Positions 22,990 to 35,160 of a DNA stretch of 64,000 nucleotides are shown piece after piece. The notes under the pieces were generated by a model, which was not told the origin of the DNA, did no database searches, and saw nothing but the letters and a program-made list of their open reading frames with translations. The DNA is from Heptranchias perlo (taxonomy: Eukaryota). The position numbers and the translations under genes were made by a program. The stretch lies in contig NC_090338.1 in the NCBI RefSeq assembly GCF_035084215.1, positions 37,572,001-37,636,000 of the forward strand, read 5' to 3'. Within the stretch, counting starts at the first letter, position 1; every line of letters starts with the position of its first letter.

Positions 22990-24130
22990 GTCACAGTAAT
23001 TAATTGCCGGTCTGGTGATGAGTGCCCCATCTTCATCTTCCTCCTCCTCTTCTTCAATGTTGGCGCCATCAGAGCTCCTCAACCTTTAAACCCCTTTGCT
23101 GCACTATGTTATGCCGGATGCAATACACAACGATGATTCTGGACACCCTCACTGGCGAGTACTAAAGGGAACCTCCAAACCTATCCAGGCACCTGAACCG
23201 CATCTTTAACATGCCGATGGCTTGTTCAATGGCACACCTGGTGGTCACGTAGCTCTGGTTGTATCATTCTTATGCCTCATTGGTGGGATTCCTCATAGGT
23301 GTCATGAGCCAAGTTTGCAGGGGGTATCCCTTGTCTCTGACCGGCCAGCCCTTGAAGTCTGTCTCCTGTTTGGAAGAGGTCTGGAATGTTGGACTGGTGC
23401 AGTATAAACACATCATGACAGCTGCCAGGGAATCTGGCGCACATCTGCATAAACCTCTTCTTGTGGTTGCACATCAGCTGTGCATTGATTGAGTGATAGC
23501 CCTTTCGGTTTATGAAGACTCCTGGCTCATGTGGTGGTCCTCCGATTGCCACGTGTGTGCAATCGATTGCACCCAGCATGCGTGGGAAGCCAGTCAGAGA
23601 GGTGAAACCCACTGCCCGCTCATTCTAGCTGATGTCGTCGCAGGGGAAGTTCGCATAGTCGGACGTCCTGGCAAACAACCCATCTGTCACCTGCCTTATA
23701 CTGACGACTGACACACTCTGGAAACGTCACCAGTGGCGCCCTGGAAGGATCCAGAGGCAAAGAAATTGAGGGCAGCGGTGACTTTTACTGCGACGGGCAA
23801 TGCATGCCCACCAGGTCCAGTAGGGAGCAGCTGTTCCTCAAGGAGGCTGCAAATGTCTGCAACCACCTGCCGACTTAATCTTAGCCTGCGTAGGCACTGC
23901 TCCTAAGAGAGGTCGAGGAAGCTCAGACTCTGACTGTGTACCCTCTAACGTGGGTAGTGACTCCTGTGACCTTGGCCCCTGTGTTGCTCCCCTCTCTGCT
24001 GTTCTCCAGATCTTTGTTGTGCACCTCTCTCGTGCACCTGCAGATCCCACACAGCACGGCGTGAATGCCATGAATGGTCATTTTCCTCCTCCGCAAATGT
24101 CTTCTTGAATACATCCATTGCGCTCCACAT
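22990..24130 (-). pseudogene. Harbinger transposase remnant
   Basis: GFPRMLGAIDCTHVAI, NRKGYHSINAQLMC and RFPGSCHD. Confidence 0.88.
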
Positions 24131-24679
24131 CCTGATCTGGTCAGTTTGAAAGGCTCCAAGATTTTGCTAAAGCTGTCACAACACAACAACTCTCAGTCAA
24201 ACGTTTGCCTGAGAGAACTGAGAGACCAGCTGCAATATTCAGATGGGGCAATCACAGGTTTAAATACCCAAATTAATAGCGGCTGAATCTCACCTCCATT
24301 TCACTGGCGAGATCCTTGCTGGAGACGTTAAAAGTCGTAGATGGGTCAGACTCAATTAAATAAAACCTCTTTCAACTCTCTTAACTACCTTAATTGCCCT
24401 GCTAATAATCCGCCGGCCGGCACTAAATGGGGGAGGCAACCTTATCGATTTGGCTCCGTGCACGCATCCAGAAGGGCCCGGAAGTGGGTGCGTTGGAGCC
24501 GGGTTGCGGTCGTGATCCAAAAAACTATTTTTACCTCCCCAGCCGACTCCAACCGATCTGTTCTTGGGGGTTAAAATTATCCCCCAGGAATCAGCCTCAT
24601 GCCACGTAGGTGGGAAAGGGAAGGAGCTCTCCCATCATATAGTTAGCGGATAAAAAGCATAAATATGACCATTCTAGCC

Positions 24680-26050
24680 ATAACAATAACAATTTGCATT
24701 TATATAGCACCTTTAATGTGGAAAAACATCCCAAGACACTTCACAGAGACATATTATCAGACAAAAATGGATGCCAAGCCAAAGGAAGAGATATTAGGAG
24801 AGGTGACCAAAAGCTTGGTCAATAAAGTGGGTTTTATAAGAAGGGTGTTAAAGGAGGAGAGGTGGAGGTGCAAAAGGGTTTAGGGAGGGAATTCTGGAGA
24901 GTTCAGCCTTGGCTGAAGGCACGGCTGCCAATGGTACGGCAAAGGGAGGGGGAGATGCACAAATGGGTAGAATCAGAGGAACGGTGCGGTTGAGGGGGGG
25001 GAAGGGTTATAGGTGGAAGTTACAGAGATAGGTTGGGCAAAATGCGAATTTTAAATTAGAGGCATTGGGGGACCAGGAGCCAATATAGGTCAGTAAGGAT
25101 GAAGGTGATTGGTGAGTGGGACCTGATGCAGCATAGGATACGAGCAACATAGTTTTGAATAAGCTGAGGATTACAGAGGGTAGATGATGGGAGCTGGCCT
25201 GGAGACCATTTTAAGAGAGTTTGGAGGTGACAAAGGCGTGAATGAAGGTTTCAGCAGGAGATGGGCAAAGGCAGAGGCGGAGATAGGTGATGTTACGGAG
25301 GTGGCAATCTTTGTGATAGAGAGTATACGTGGTCGGAAGCTCAGCTCATGGTCGAATACGATGAACAATTTGGTTCAGTCCGAGGCAATGGCCAGGATTG
25401 GAGACTGTGCAGAGTCTGTGGTGGGGGCGGAATGTGATGGCTTAAGTATTCACAATGTTTAACTGGAGGGATTTGTGGCTCATCCACAACTGGTTATCAG
25501 ACAAGCAGTCTGACAATTCAGAGGCAGTGGTGAAGTCAAGAGAGGTGGTGGAGGGATAGAGCTGAATGCCTTCAGCGTACATGTGGAATCTGATCGCATG
25601 TCTGCAAATGAAGTCACTAAGGGACATCATCTAGATGAGGGAGAGGAGAGAGCCAAGGATAGTTCTTTGGCAGATTCCAGAGGAGTCCAGGAGTGGGATG
25701 AGAAACCATTGCTGGAGGTGCTATGGGCATGATCAGATAGGTAATAGTAAAACCACGCGAGAGCAATCCCACTGTGCTGGATAATGGAGGAGAGGCATCG
25801 GAGAAGGATGGTGTGGTCAACCATGTCAAAGGCTGCAGAGAGGTCAAGAAGGGATAGTGCACCATGGTCAGGGTCACAAAGAATGTCATTTGCAACTTTG
25901 GTTAGGGTCATTTCAGTGCTGTGGCAGGGACAGAAATCTGATAGGAGAGGTTTAAACATGAAGCTGCAGGAAAGATGGGCCAGGATTTGGAAGGCTACAA
26001 CATGCTCAAGAACTTGAGAGGAAAGGGAGTTTGGAGATGAAATGGTAATT
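24680..26050 (-). mobile_element. L2-clade LINE fragment
   Basis: HSTEMTLTKVAND, LLDLSAAFDMVDHTILL and FHMYA. 3' end similar to 205-700. Confidence 0.88.
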
Positions 26051-26992
26051 AAAAAAAGAAAATCATGGTTCATTAGAATTATCATAAAGGGTTCCAACCA
26101 AAATTTTTCTTTCCCTTTCTGATGATGATTGACTTGTGTATTTTCTTTTTTATTCAAGCTCCTCCTTCAAACAGATCACATGCATTGCTTTCATCTCAGA
26201 TTCTACACATTTTAGAGAGGTGAATAATCACAGGTAAAAACTTTGAAGAAAATAAAACTCTAAAATTTCTTCCTGACAATCAAAGTTAAAGGTAATCAAC
26301 CAGAAACGCCAGGATGTCAATCTAATAATACAACTTGCATTAGTCACCTCAGAATTGTCATATTCCACGGGTGAGATTTCCATTATCGCAACAGGACTGT
26401 AAATACATTAATTCTGCCTTTCTAATCTAGATTTTTCCCCTTGCACTTTCATCTTTCACCACACTGATAGTTCGAAGTGGAAAATAACATTTTATCTTGG
26501 ATGCTAATTTTCTCCCTTTCCTGATAATGCTGACTCTTGGCTGCCACACTATTCCACAAGCTCCAGTCATTCTACAGACGTCACCAAAATGACCATTATT
26601 AAAACGTGCTAACCATCAGCATTTTCCACTGACTTTCAGTGATTCCCAATTCCTGCCCCATGGTCTCCATTTACTGATGAAAATCAGTACTTTTACTGCC
26701 TCTGGCACTACATGACAAGTCGTTTCAAAATTCCCTGAAATTTGCTTGTATGAATGTGTGGAATTTTGCTCAAATCAGTGGCTTTTACAGTAGCTCCTTT
26801 GGGGGTCTTGGCATGCATATCAGGTACTTTGGAAGCCTGCACAAGCAATTAAAAAGGAATAGCCAACATTTTGCTCTTGTGAACAAAGTACAGAAGGAGG
26901 AGTGGCTTTATAAAATATCACAAAATGTTGTAAGGCTCAGGAGAACCCCACTAACACTGCTTTCAATTGAATTTTGTACAGCTTTCAGCCAA

Positions 26993-27135
26993 GAAAGAAA
27001 GAAACTTGCATTTATATAACTGCTTTCACATCCTGTTGTAATGTAAGCAAACTTGAAAGCTAATTTTCACACAGCAAGGTCCCACAAACAGCAATGACCA
27101 GTTAATCTGGTTTAGTGGTGTTGGTTTAGGGAAAA
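26993..27135 (-). mobile_element. SINE 3' fragment (L2-type tail)
   Basis: GAAAGAAAGAAACTTGCATTTATATA tail, shared with the 47020 and 60095 copies. Confidence 0.6.
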
Positions 27136-28437
27136 CCTAGTGCCTCTTGCAGCCCTATTGAGGAAACTGGGAACCAAGGAAGTACAAGGTCAAATTTTGG
27201 ATTGGTTTAGGCAAAGTACAACCATCTCAGACCCAGGTAAGGGTATATGGCAGACAGATGGAACTGATCTCTCTCTCTCTAAAGAGGAGGGAGGCAAAGT
27301 TGCACACTATCACCAATCTTATTTGGTGTCTTCATCCATGATGTGTTGATGGCATCATAAGGAACGGCCTCAAAATGTGTTCTGGCCATTTCTGAAGTGT
27401 GCTTGTTTTCCCAGTTGTGTTATTGTTGGCCTCACCTGGGAATCTCGTGCACACTACTTGTTATTTTTGGCTTCACAAAATTATAGTAGACTCCAAAATG
27501 CTGGAAAATGTACCAAAAGAGTGTCCCAAACAAAAAAAGATTTGTAGAGAGGGGCGTGCTGCCAAACAAACTTTACACTTTCAATGCTAACATGCCCTTT
27601 CAAAATTATCAAAATCCACCATTGTAAAAGTTTCACTTTTATGTACTTTAGTTTATTTCCCCCATAATGCAATAAATGGAATATTAAGTATACATGCAAC
27701 TTAAGTCATGACAAGTTCAAGTCCATTGAAGTCCCATTGTAGCCACTTCTCATGCATCATAGAAGTGGCCATTGGGTTTCAGTTTTCACATTAAAACAAA
27801 CTGAATTGCAGAATGTGATCTCCAAATCTAATACAATAAGGAACTTAACTTAGTCAGTCACATTAAAGTCATGACCTTAGTCATAGGCCTTATTCAAGGC
27901 TGTTTTTGAATTGTACACGGATTCAAGTTGTCACCTTTTTTGCAGCTGGGTCAGCTTTTCTGAAGCTGTTTGTCAGCTTTTGTGAGTTTTGTAGACTGAC
28001 ATGTATGCCCATATCTGTACTTTACAGCAGGAATTATTGAACAGCAATCAGGAACAGGAGCTCTGGCTGTTTATTGTCCTCCTAGCCAGACATGCTGGGA
28101 TCAATTGTAGTTGTACTGGCTGAGATCAGCTAACTCAGCACAAACCATGCGGGGCAGTGCATTTACCCATGGAGACAGGCAAATAATCTTTCATGTTTAA
28201 GACCAGACCTATCCTCTGAGCAAGGGTCTAAAATAAAGATTTGATTATTTTTCACTGTGGCTCATTGGAGAACAGCTATTTTTCCAACTGCTGGACTAAT
28301 TCCCATAGGAACAGATTAAACTACCAGTGATTCATTTTGTGATTCTAAAGAGCATTCATTCATACAATACCTTGACTAAGAATGTGACGGTCTTCTGGGT
28401 TCCACAAAATATTTGACAATCATATATAAATAATAAA

Positions 28438-30331
28438 TAATGAGAGTAAACTAGCAGGGAACATAAAAACTGACTGTAAAAGCTTCTATAAATATGTAAA
28501 GAGAAAAAGATTAGTGAAGACAAATGTAGGTCCCTTACAATCAGAAATGGGGGAAATTATAATGGGGAACAAAGAAATGGCAGAACAATTAAACACATAC
28601 TTTGGGGTTCTGTCTTCACAAAGGAGGATGCAAATAACCTCCCAGAAATATTAGGGAACCAAGGGTCTAGTGAGAGGGAGGAACTGAAGGAAATCAGTAT
28701 TAATAAAAAAAAGTGCTAGGGAAATTAATGGGGCTAAAGGCTGACAAATCCCCAGGGCCTGATAATCTCCTTCCCAGAGTACTAAAGGACGTGGCCCTGG
28801 AAATAGTGGATGCATTGGTGATCATCTTCCAAAATTCTATAGACTCCAGAACAGTTCCTACAGATTGGAGGGTGGCAAATGTAACCCCACTATTTAAAAA
28901 AGGAGGGAGAGAAAAAACAGGGAATTACAGACCAGTTAGCCTAACATCAGTAGTGGGGAAAATGCTAGAGTCTATTATAAAAGATGTGATAACAGAACAC
29001 TTGGAAGGCATTAACGGGATTGGATAAAGTCAGCATGGGTTTATGAAAGGGAAATCATGCTTAACAAATCTAATGGAGTTTTTTGAGGATGTAACCAGTA
29101 GAATAGATAGGGGAGAACCAGTGGATGTGGTGTACTTGAATTTTCAGAAGGCCTGTGATAAGGTCCCACACAAGAGGTTAGTGTGCAAAATTAAAGCACA
29201 TGGGATTGGGGGGAATATACTGGCAAGGATTGAGAATTGGTTGACAGACAGGAAACAGAGTAGGAATAAACAGGTCTTTTTCCGGGTGGCCGGCAATGAC
29301 TAGTGGGGTACCACAGGGATCAGTTCTTGGACCCCAGCTATTCACAATATATATCAATGATTTGGATGAGGGAACTAAATGTAACATTTCCAAGTTTGCA
29401 GATGACACAAAGCTGGGGTGGAATGTGAGCTGTGAGGAGGATGCAAAGAGGCTCCAATGTGATTTAGACAAGTTGGGTGAGTGGGCAAGTACATGGCAGA
29501 TGCAGTATAACGTGGATAAATGTGAGGTTATCCACCTTGCTTGTAAAAACAGAAAGGCAGATTATTATCTGAATGGTGATAGATTGGGAAAAGGGGAGGT
29601 GCAACGAGACCTGGGTGTCCTTGTACACCAGTCGCTGAAAGCGAGCATTCAGGTGCAGCAAGCAGTTAGGATGGCGATGATATGTTGGCCTTCATTGCAA
29701 GTGGATTTGAGTACAGGAGCAGGGATGTCTTACTGCAGTTATACAGAGCCTTGGTGAGACCACATCTGGAGTATTGTGTGCAGTTTTGGTCTCCTTGTCT
29801 GAGGAAGGATGGCCTTGCCATGGAGGGAGTGCAACGAAAGTTTACCAGACTGATTCCTGGGATGGCAGGACTGACATATGAGGAGAGATTGGGTCGACTA
29901 GGCCTATATTCACTAGAGTTTAGAAGAATGAGGGGTGATCTCATCGAAACATATAAAATTCTAAACAGGACTAGACAGACTAGATGCATGGAGGATGTTC
30001 CCGATGGCTGGGGAGTCCAGAACCAGGGGCCGCAGTCTCAGGATACGGGTATGCCATTTAGAACCGAGATGAGGAGAAATTTCTTCACTCAGAGGGTGGT
30101 GAACCTGTGGAATTCTCTACCACAGAAGGCAGTGGAGGCCAAGTCATTAGGTGTATTCAAGAAGGAGATAGAGATAGATATATTTCTTAATGCTAAAGGG
30201 GTCAAGGGATATGGGGAAAATGCAGGAACAGGGTACTGAGTTAGATGATCAGCCATGATCATTTTGAATGGCGGAGCAGGTCCGAAGGGCCGAATGGCTT
30301 ACTCTTGCTCCTATTTTCTATGTTTCTATGT
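28438..30331 (+). mobile_element. CR1 LINE, 5'-truncated
   Basis: RT fragments including GVPQGSVLGP and SKFADDTKL. (CTATGTTT) tail. Confidence 0.93.
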
Positions 30332-31035
30332 AAACCACACAGTGAACATACCATTCTTAAAAATGTTCTGTTAAATGTGATAGCAAACCATCCTTCAAAT
30401 AGTGAGAAATTTAAAACAATGTTACAGAACATCCCATAACTCAATACAATTAGGAAATCAATAATCTATAATGTCAGCAGTTTGACGTCACTAAACCAAA
30501 ACCATGTTAGCAAATGTAAAAGTGAGTGAAAACAAAAGTGTTTTGATACTGAAGTCCATTTGTGTTGCTTTTCAAACTAAAATCTGATTCTTTTCCATTA
30601 TAATAGAAATATCATCAATATATAGCCACTTATTACAAAAGGTGGCATAGCTCAAGCAAACCAAATATAAAGTTATATGTTCAACACCTAAAAAGAGTCA
30701 TGAAAATCCACATTTGAAATACACTGTTATAGATTTTATTCTAATTGATTTTCTGACATAACTTAAAAAGAAATAACTATTTTAATGCTAGCAGGTGAGC
30801 CAGCTGTTACAAATCAGATGATCTATATTTTAATCACCCAATTCAATTTCTCTGAATCAGTACAGTCCATGCTGGCTGCATGTTCTAATTAAAGCCAAGT
30901 CTAAAACATTGCATTTCACCTCTGATTTTGTACAGTTTGCAATGCTGGAAAACAGTGCTTGTTCCACAACGAGCATTTGTCAACAGCGCAAATAAATTCC
31001 CATGTCATAACCTGATTGCGTGCTTGTGGCTTGGG

Positions 31036-31488
31036 ATTTTTTTTTATTATTTGTTCATGGGATGTGGGCGTCGCTGACAAGACCAGCATTTATTGTCCAT
31101 CCCTAATTGCCCTTGAGAAGTGGTGGTGAGCCGCCATCTTGAACCACTGCAGTCCGTGAGGTGAAGGTTCTCCCACAGTGCTGTTAGGAAGGGAGTTCCA
31201 GGATTTTGACCCAGCGATGAAGAAGGAACGACGATATATTTCCAAGTCAGGATGGTATGTGACTTGGAGGGGAAGGTGCAGGTGGTGTTGTTCCCGTGTG
31301 CCTGCTGCCCTTGTCCTTCCGGGTGGTAAAGGTCGTGGGTTTAGGAGGTGCTGTCGAAGAAGACATGTCGAGTTGCTGCAGTGCATCCTGTGGATGGTAC
31401 ACACTGCAGCCACAGTACGCCGGTGGTGAAGGGAGTGAATATTTAGGATGGTTGATGGGGTGCCAATCAAGCGGGCTGCTTTGTCCTT
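31036..31488 (-). mobile_element. Crack/Daphne-like LINE 3' fragment
   Basis: Same family as 6753-7593 (LNIHSLHHRRTVAAVCTIHRMHC). Poly-A tail. Confidence 0.88.
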
Positions 31489-32181
31489 AGGAAAGCATTT
31501 CAGATTGGCCACTATGGAGGTTGGAACAGGCCCAAGTTTTATATTTTTGGGACGTTGTAAATTAGTAACTCAAATACTGAACTTCAGTTTATGATTCTAA
31601 CAAAGGTGTACAATTTTATTCCTAACAAGAATATTCCAGGCTGTTTTTTGAAAAAAATGGAAAAGTGTCATTAATCAAATTCTGCATATCACATCCTTCC
31701 CCCATCACTATAACCATATAAAAGTATATTGATCAAGTCCACGGCAATAACTCTCATTAAGTTTGCTTCATCTGGTTATCACACGATCAATGTTTAATAA
31801 AGAGTAACTTTGCATTGAGACACTGGAAGCATTTTTAAAACTGGAATGTCATGTAGACATTTAAGCCCAATAATTTCTCGGTAATGAGAATATTTTCCTT
31901 TCAAATAATTGATCATTTGTAGCAAAGGTAAAACCTACAAAATTTACTGGTTTACAGCAAATTGCACTGGTTGTTATTTTTTAAACCGTTTTCTCAATAA
32001 ATGAATGGCCTATTGTGGTTTGTATTTTAAGCTCCTTTACTATGTATTCTTTACAGAAAGCCCAGTTTACCATGCAGGCAAGGGAAGCTGCTTATATAAT
32101 GCTGACAAAAATGTGTGCTTTCTAAACTGTTAATGATTACCATGCTCTACGAATCACGATTTCTTGAGCAGTTAGGTGCAT

Positions 32182-32196
32182 TGTTGCCTAGCAACA
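32182..32196. promoter_or_regulatory. RFX X-box-like motif
   Basis: TGTTGCCTAGCAACA fits GTNRCC-N-RGYAAC and lies in non-repetitive AT-rich DNA. Motif match only. Confidence 0.3.
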
Positions 32197-32939
32197 TCAA
32201 ATATGTTTGATCTTTAAATTGTTATTCTCAAATAATATGAAGAGCTTTAATGTCACAAAAATTATTTGTGCTAACACGAAGAGAGTCCATCAGATGCTTT
32301 TTTCTAAAGTAAATTCAACATTTTTGTACTGTATCATAACTAGGATCACATACACCAAGGGGAGGAAGTGTTATTAATTTAGTATAAATATTTTTAAATT
32401 GAGGTATAAAAGTTTAGCCATCCATATATCCATTGATGAGATGGTCACTAAAGGTGACACAGAATTGCCAGAACCCAAATTCCTTCAGCCCCCAAAGCTT
32501 TTTCACATTGCTGTATTATTATAGAAAGCATGCAAGAAGCTTGGGTTTCAGTTATCAATGTTTTTTGAAACATTTACTGAATAAAAAAATTAAAACATTG
32601 ACAGCACTCAGCCAGCATTTTTAAAAGCCTTTTCATCTGAAGAATGATGTATAAACTCACTGCACTAGTGCAGTTTTCATTCGTTTTAAGCCAATATTAA
32701 ACTCAGGTTTCTGATTATCTGGATTTGCAATGTGGTTTCCCTTTGCACACTGGAGAAACATTTTCTATGTTTACTTATATTGTTGAGCGTGTGTTACAAG
32801 TTAAAATGTAGACCAGAACATCACTAAGGATTCTTAGTACATTCAAAACATTATAGCCATTAACATTTGCATGTTAATTTGACAAGTTGGATGTTGCAGC
32901 ATGGCAAATTTATGTAAAGGAGAGGGCAGACGGACCCAC

Positions 32940-33108
32940 AGATTAACATATCATCTGAAAGATGGCACCTCCAACACAGCAGCACTCCCTCAGTACTGCA
33001 CTGAAATTTCAGCCTAGATTTTGTGCACAAGTCTCTGGAGTGGGACTTGAAACTACAACCTACTGATTCAGAGGCAAGAATGCAATCACTGAGCCATAAC
33101 TGACACCT
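32940..33108 (-). mobile_element. tRNA-derived SINE 5' fragment
   Basis: Reverse strand reads TGGCTCAGTG...(A box)...TTCAAGTCCCACTCCAGAGACTTG (B box-like). Confidence 0.65.
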
Positions 33109-34824
33109 AAAATTAAATCTTTACAAAGTTAGATTAGATTAAATCTTTGGACTCTAGGTCCCAGGCTCAGTAACATTTTGGTAAGTGGATTTCCAGTCAA
33201 ATTAATTGACTATTCCTGCTGCAATACAAATCTATCATTTGCATAGTGTATTAAGATCTTAAACATCTTAGTAATTTCCTGACAATTAGCTAGGAGGACA
33301 GTCATTCTTTTTTTTAAAAATAAGTTAATTATATGTAACAGGAGCTATATGAAACCTGTCTCAGTAAACAATTTTATCATTGAATGGAGATTTGAAATCT
33401 GATCAATTATGTTTTAATACCTCCCACTGACAATTGAAGATGAATAGTAACTGAGATGTTTTTGGCCATCACACTACTTAACTGTTGGTTTAGTTGCTTA
33501 GCTTCTTCTATGATATTACTGTTCATGGTTTAAACTGCACTTTACTATGAACAGGCTCTGATCTTGCCCAAGATTCTATTTCCATCAAGTTGAACAACCA
33601 AACATTACCACACATCAAAAAATTCTCCCCCTCCTTACTTTTGCTGATAATTCAATTCCTTTGCACCACTGTGCTTATTATTTCCTTCATGCTAGTTCTC
33701 CAATGTTATCGATTTAAAAAATATTAAGCTAAAAAAGTTAGTTGCCTCTTTCTAAAGATTTTGATTTTGATTTTGTGTTCGGGGAACTGATAGAGAACAT
33801 TCTCCAAACGGTTCTTGTATTGCTGAAGAAATAATGAAAAACAAATAACAACTGAGGCAATGCCACATGGCTTTCTCAAAAAGAGGTCTGAAGATTTTTT
33901 TTTTAAAATCCTATCATCTATAGAAGTTTAAATGTAGAAATTCCTACCCATGTTGGTCATTGCATGGGTGAAGATCCAATCTGAAATCAGTGGGCAGCAT
34001 ATTACAAAACTCTACTTAATGTAGTTCCAAAGAGCAAGTGTAATTAAAGCTGTGAATCCAGCAGGGACCGCTTTTGGGATTTAATTCAAACCAGTAGATG
34101 AATTTAATGACTTTATATCCTACCCTCAAATTGTAAAGCATTGGCTCCATCAGGACTGAGCAGTTTTAAGTTTGCAGATGGTAGATTCTCCTTGCTTTTG
34201 TTCTTTTACCATATGTTCTCGAAATCCAGGCTGGAATTGTGGTTTTTTTTTTAAAAGTAAACGCTAGCACAATTAATCATTCCCCCATCTTTCCTCCAAG
34301 AATCCTGCAACCTTATTCTTGCTATGTAATGATTTAACTCCAAATGACTAGAAATTCTCCAGATGGCTCAAAGTCTCTCCCCTCAAATCTTGGGCAATCT
34401 TTATGATGTTGTGGAGAAACTGTTGACATGGGAAAGTCGTTACCATTGAAATAAAAAATTCCCACAGTACAACTTATAGAACCTCCAGTGTGCTACTCCA
34501 TACAAGTTAAATATTTTAGAAGGGGCCTTCTTATATTTGTTAGTTTATTCATGTACAGAGTTTACCCACAGACAAGATACAAGAGGGGTCAACTTCAGGG
34601 GTCCTTTTGCATACTGTTAAATACTTTATATACATGAGGAACTCATATTGGCAAAATAGGGATAGGGAACAAAAATTAATATTTCATGGATGCAATTACA
34701 CCAGGAGTTTCCGAAGAGCTGCTTCTCTCCGAGGAAATGCCTGAAAGTAAAGAACACATTCCCTATTGTGTCCACTTCACTCTTAAATAATCAAAAAAAG
34801 CAAGATTTTTCCTCCTTGGAATAT

Positions 34825-35160
34825 TGAGTGTTCAAGCCCCACTCCAGGATTTGGGCACATAACTTAGGCTGACACTCCAATGCAGTACTCAAGGAGTGTC
34901 GCATTGTTGGATGTACCATCCTTCAGAAGTTTCAGTGGATGTAAAAGTCCCATTGCCGAAGAGTAGGAAGTTCACCTGGTGTTCCATGTTCCTACCTCAA
35001 CCGATGCCGTAACTGGTCATTCATCTCATTAATATCAGTGTGATATTGCTTAATGCAAAATATCTCCTACATTTGCCGACATAACAACAATCACTGCACT
35101 TCAAAGTAATTAATTCTATGTGTTGCCCTTTGGGACATGATAAATGCAAGCCTTTCATTG
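34825..35160 (+). mobile_element. tRNA-derived SINE (same family), degraded
   Basis: GTTCAAGCCCCACTCCAG B box-like segment, core similar to 32940-33108, 3' part similar to the 60095 copy. Confidence 0.6.

Larger units (their letters stand above)
21649..24584. mobile_element. PIF/Harbinger transposon, second related copy with internal deletion
   Basis: TIR GGGCATGATTTTA (21649-21661) matches TAAAATTATCCCC (24572-24584) at 11/13. CAG TSD at 21646-21648 and 24585-24587. Myb remnant (+) and transposase remnant (-). Confidence 0.88.

Noticed and set aside
32940-33108. tRNA gene
   Set aside because: A/B boxes are degenerate, there is no cloverleaf and it continues into a SINE body.
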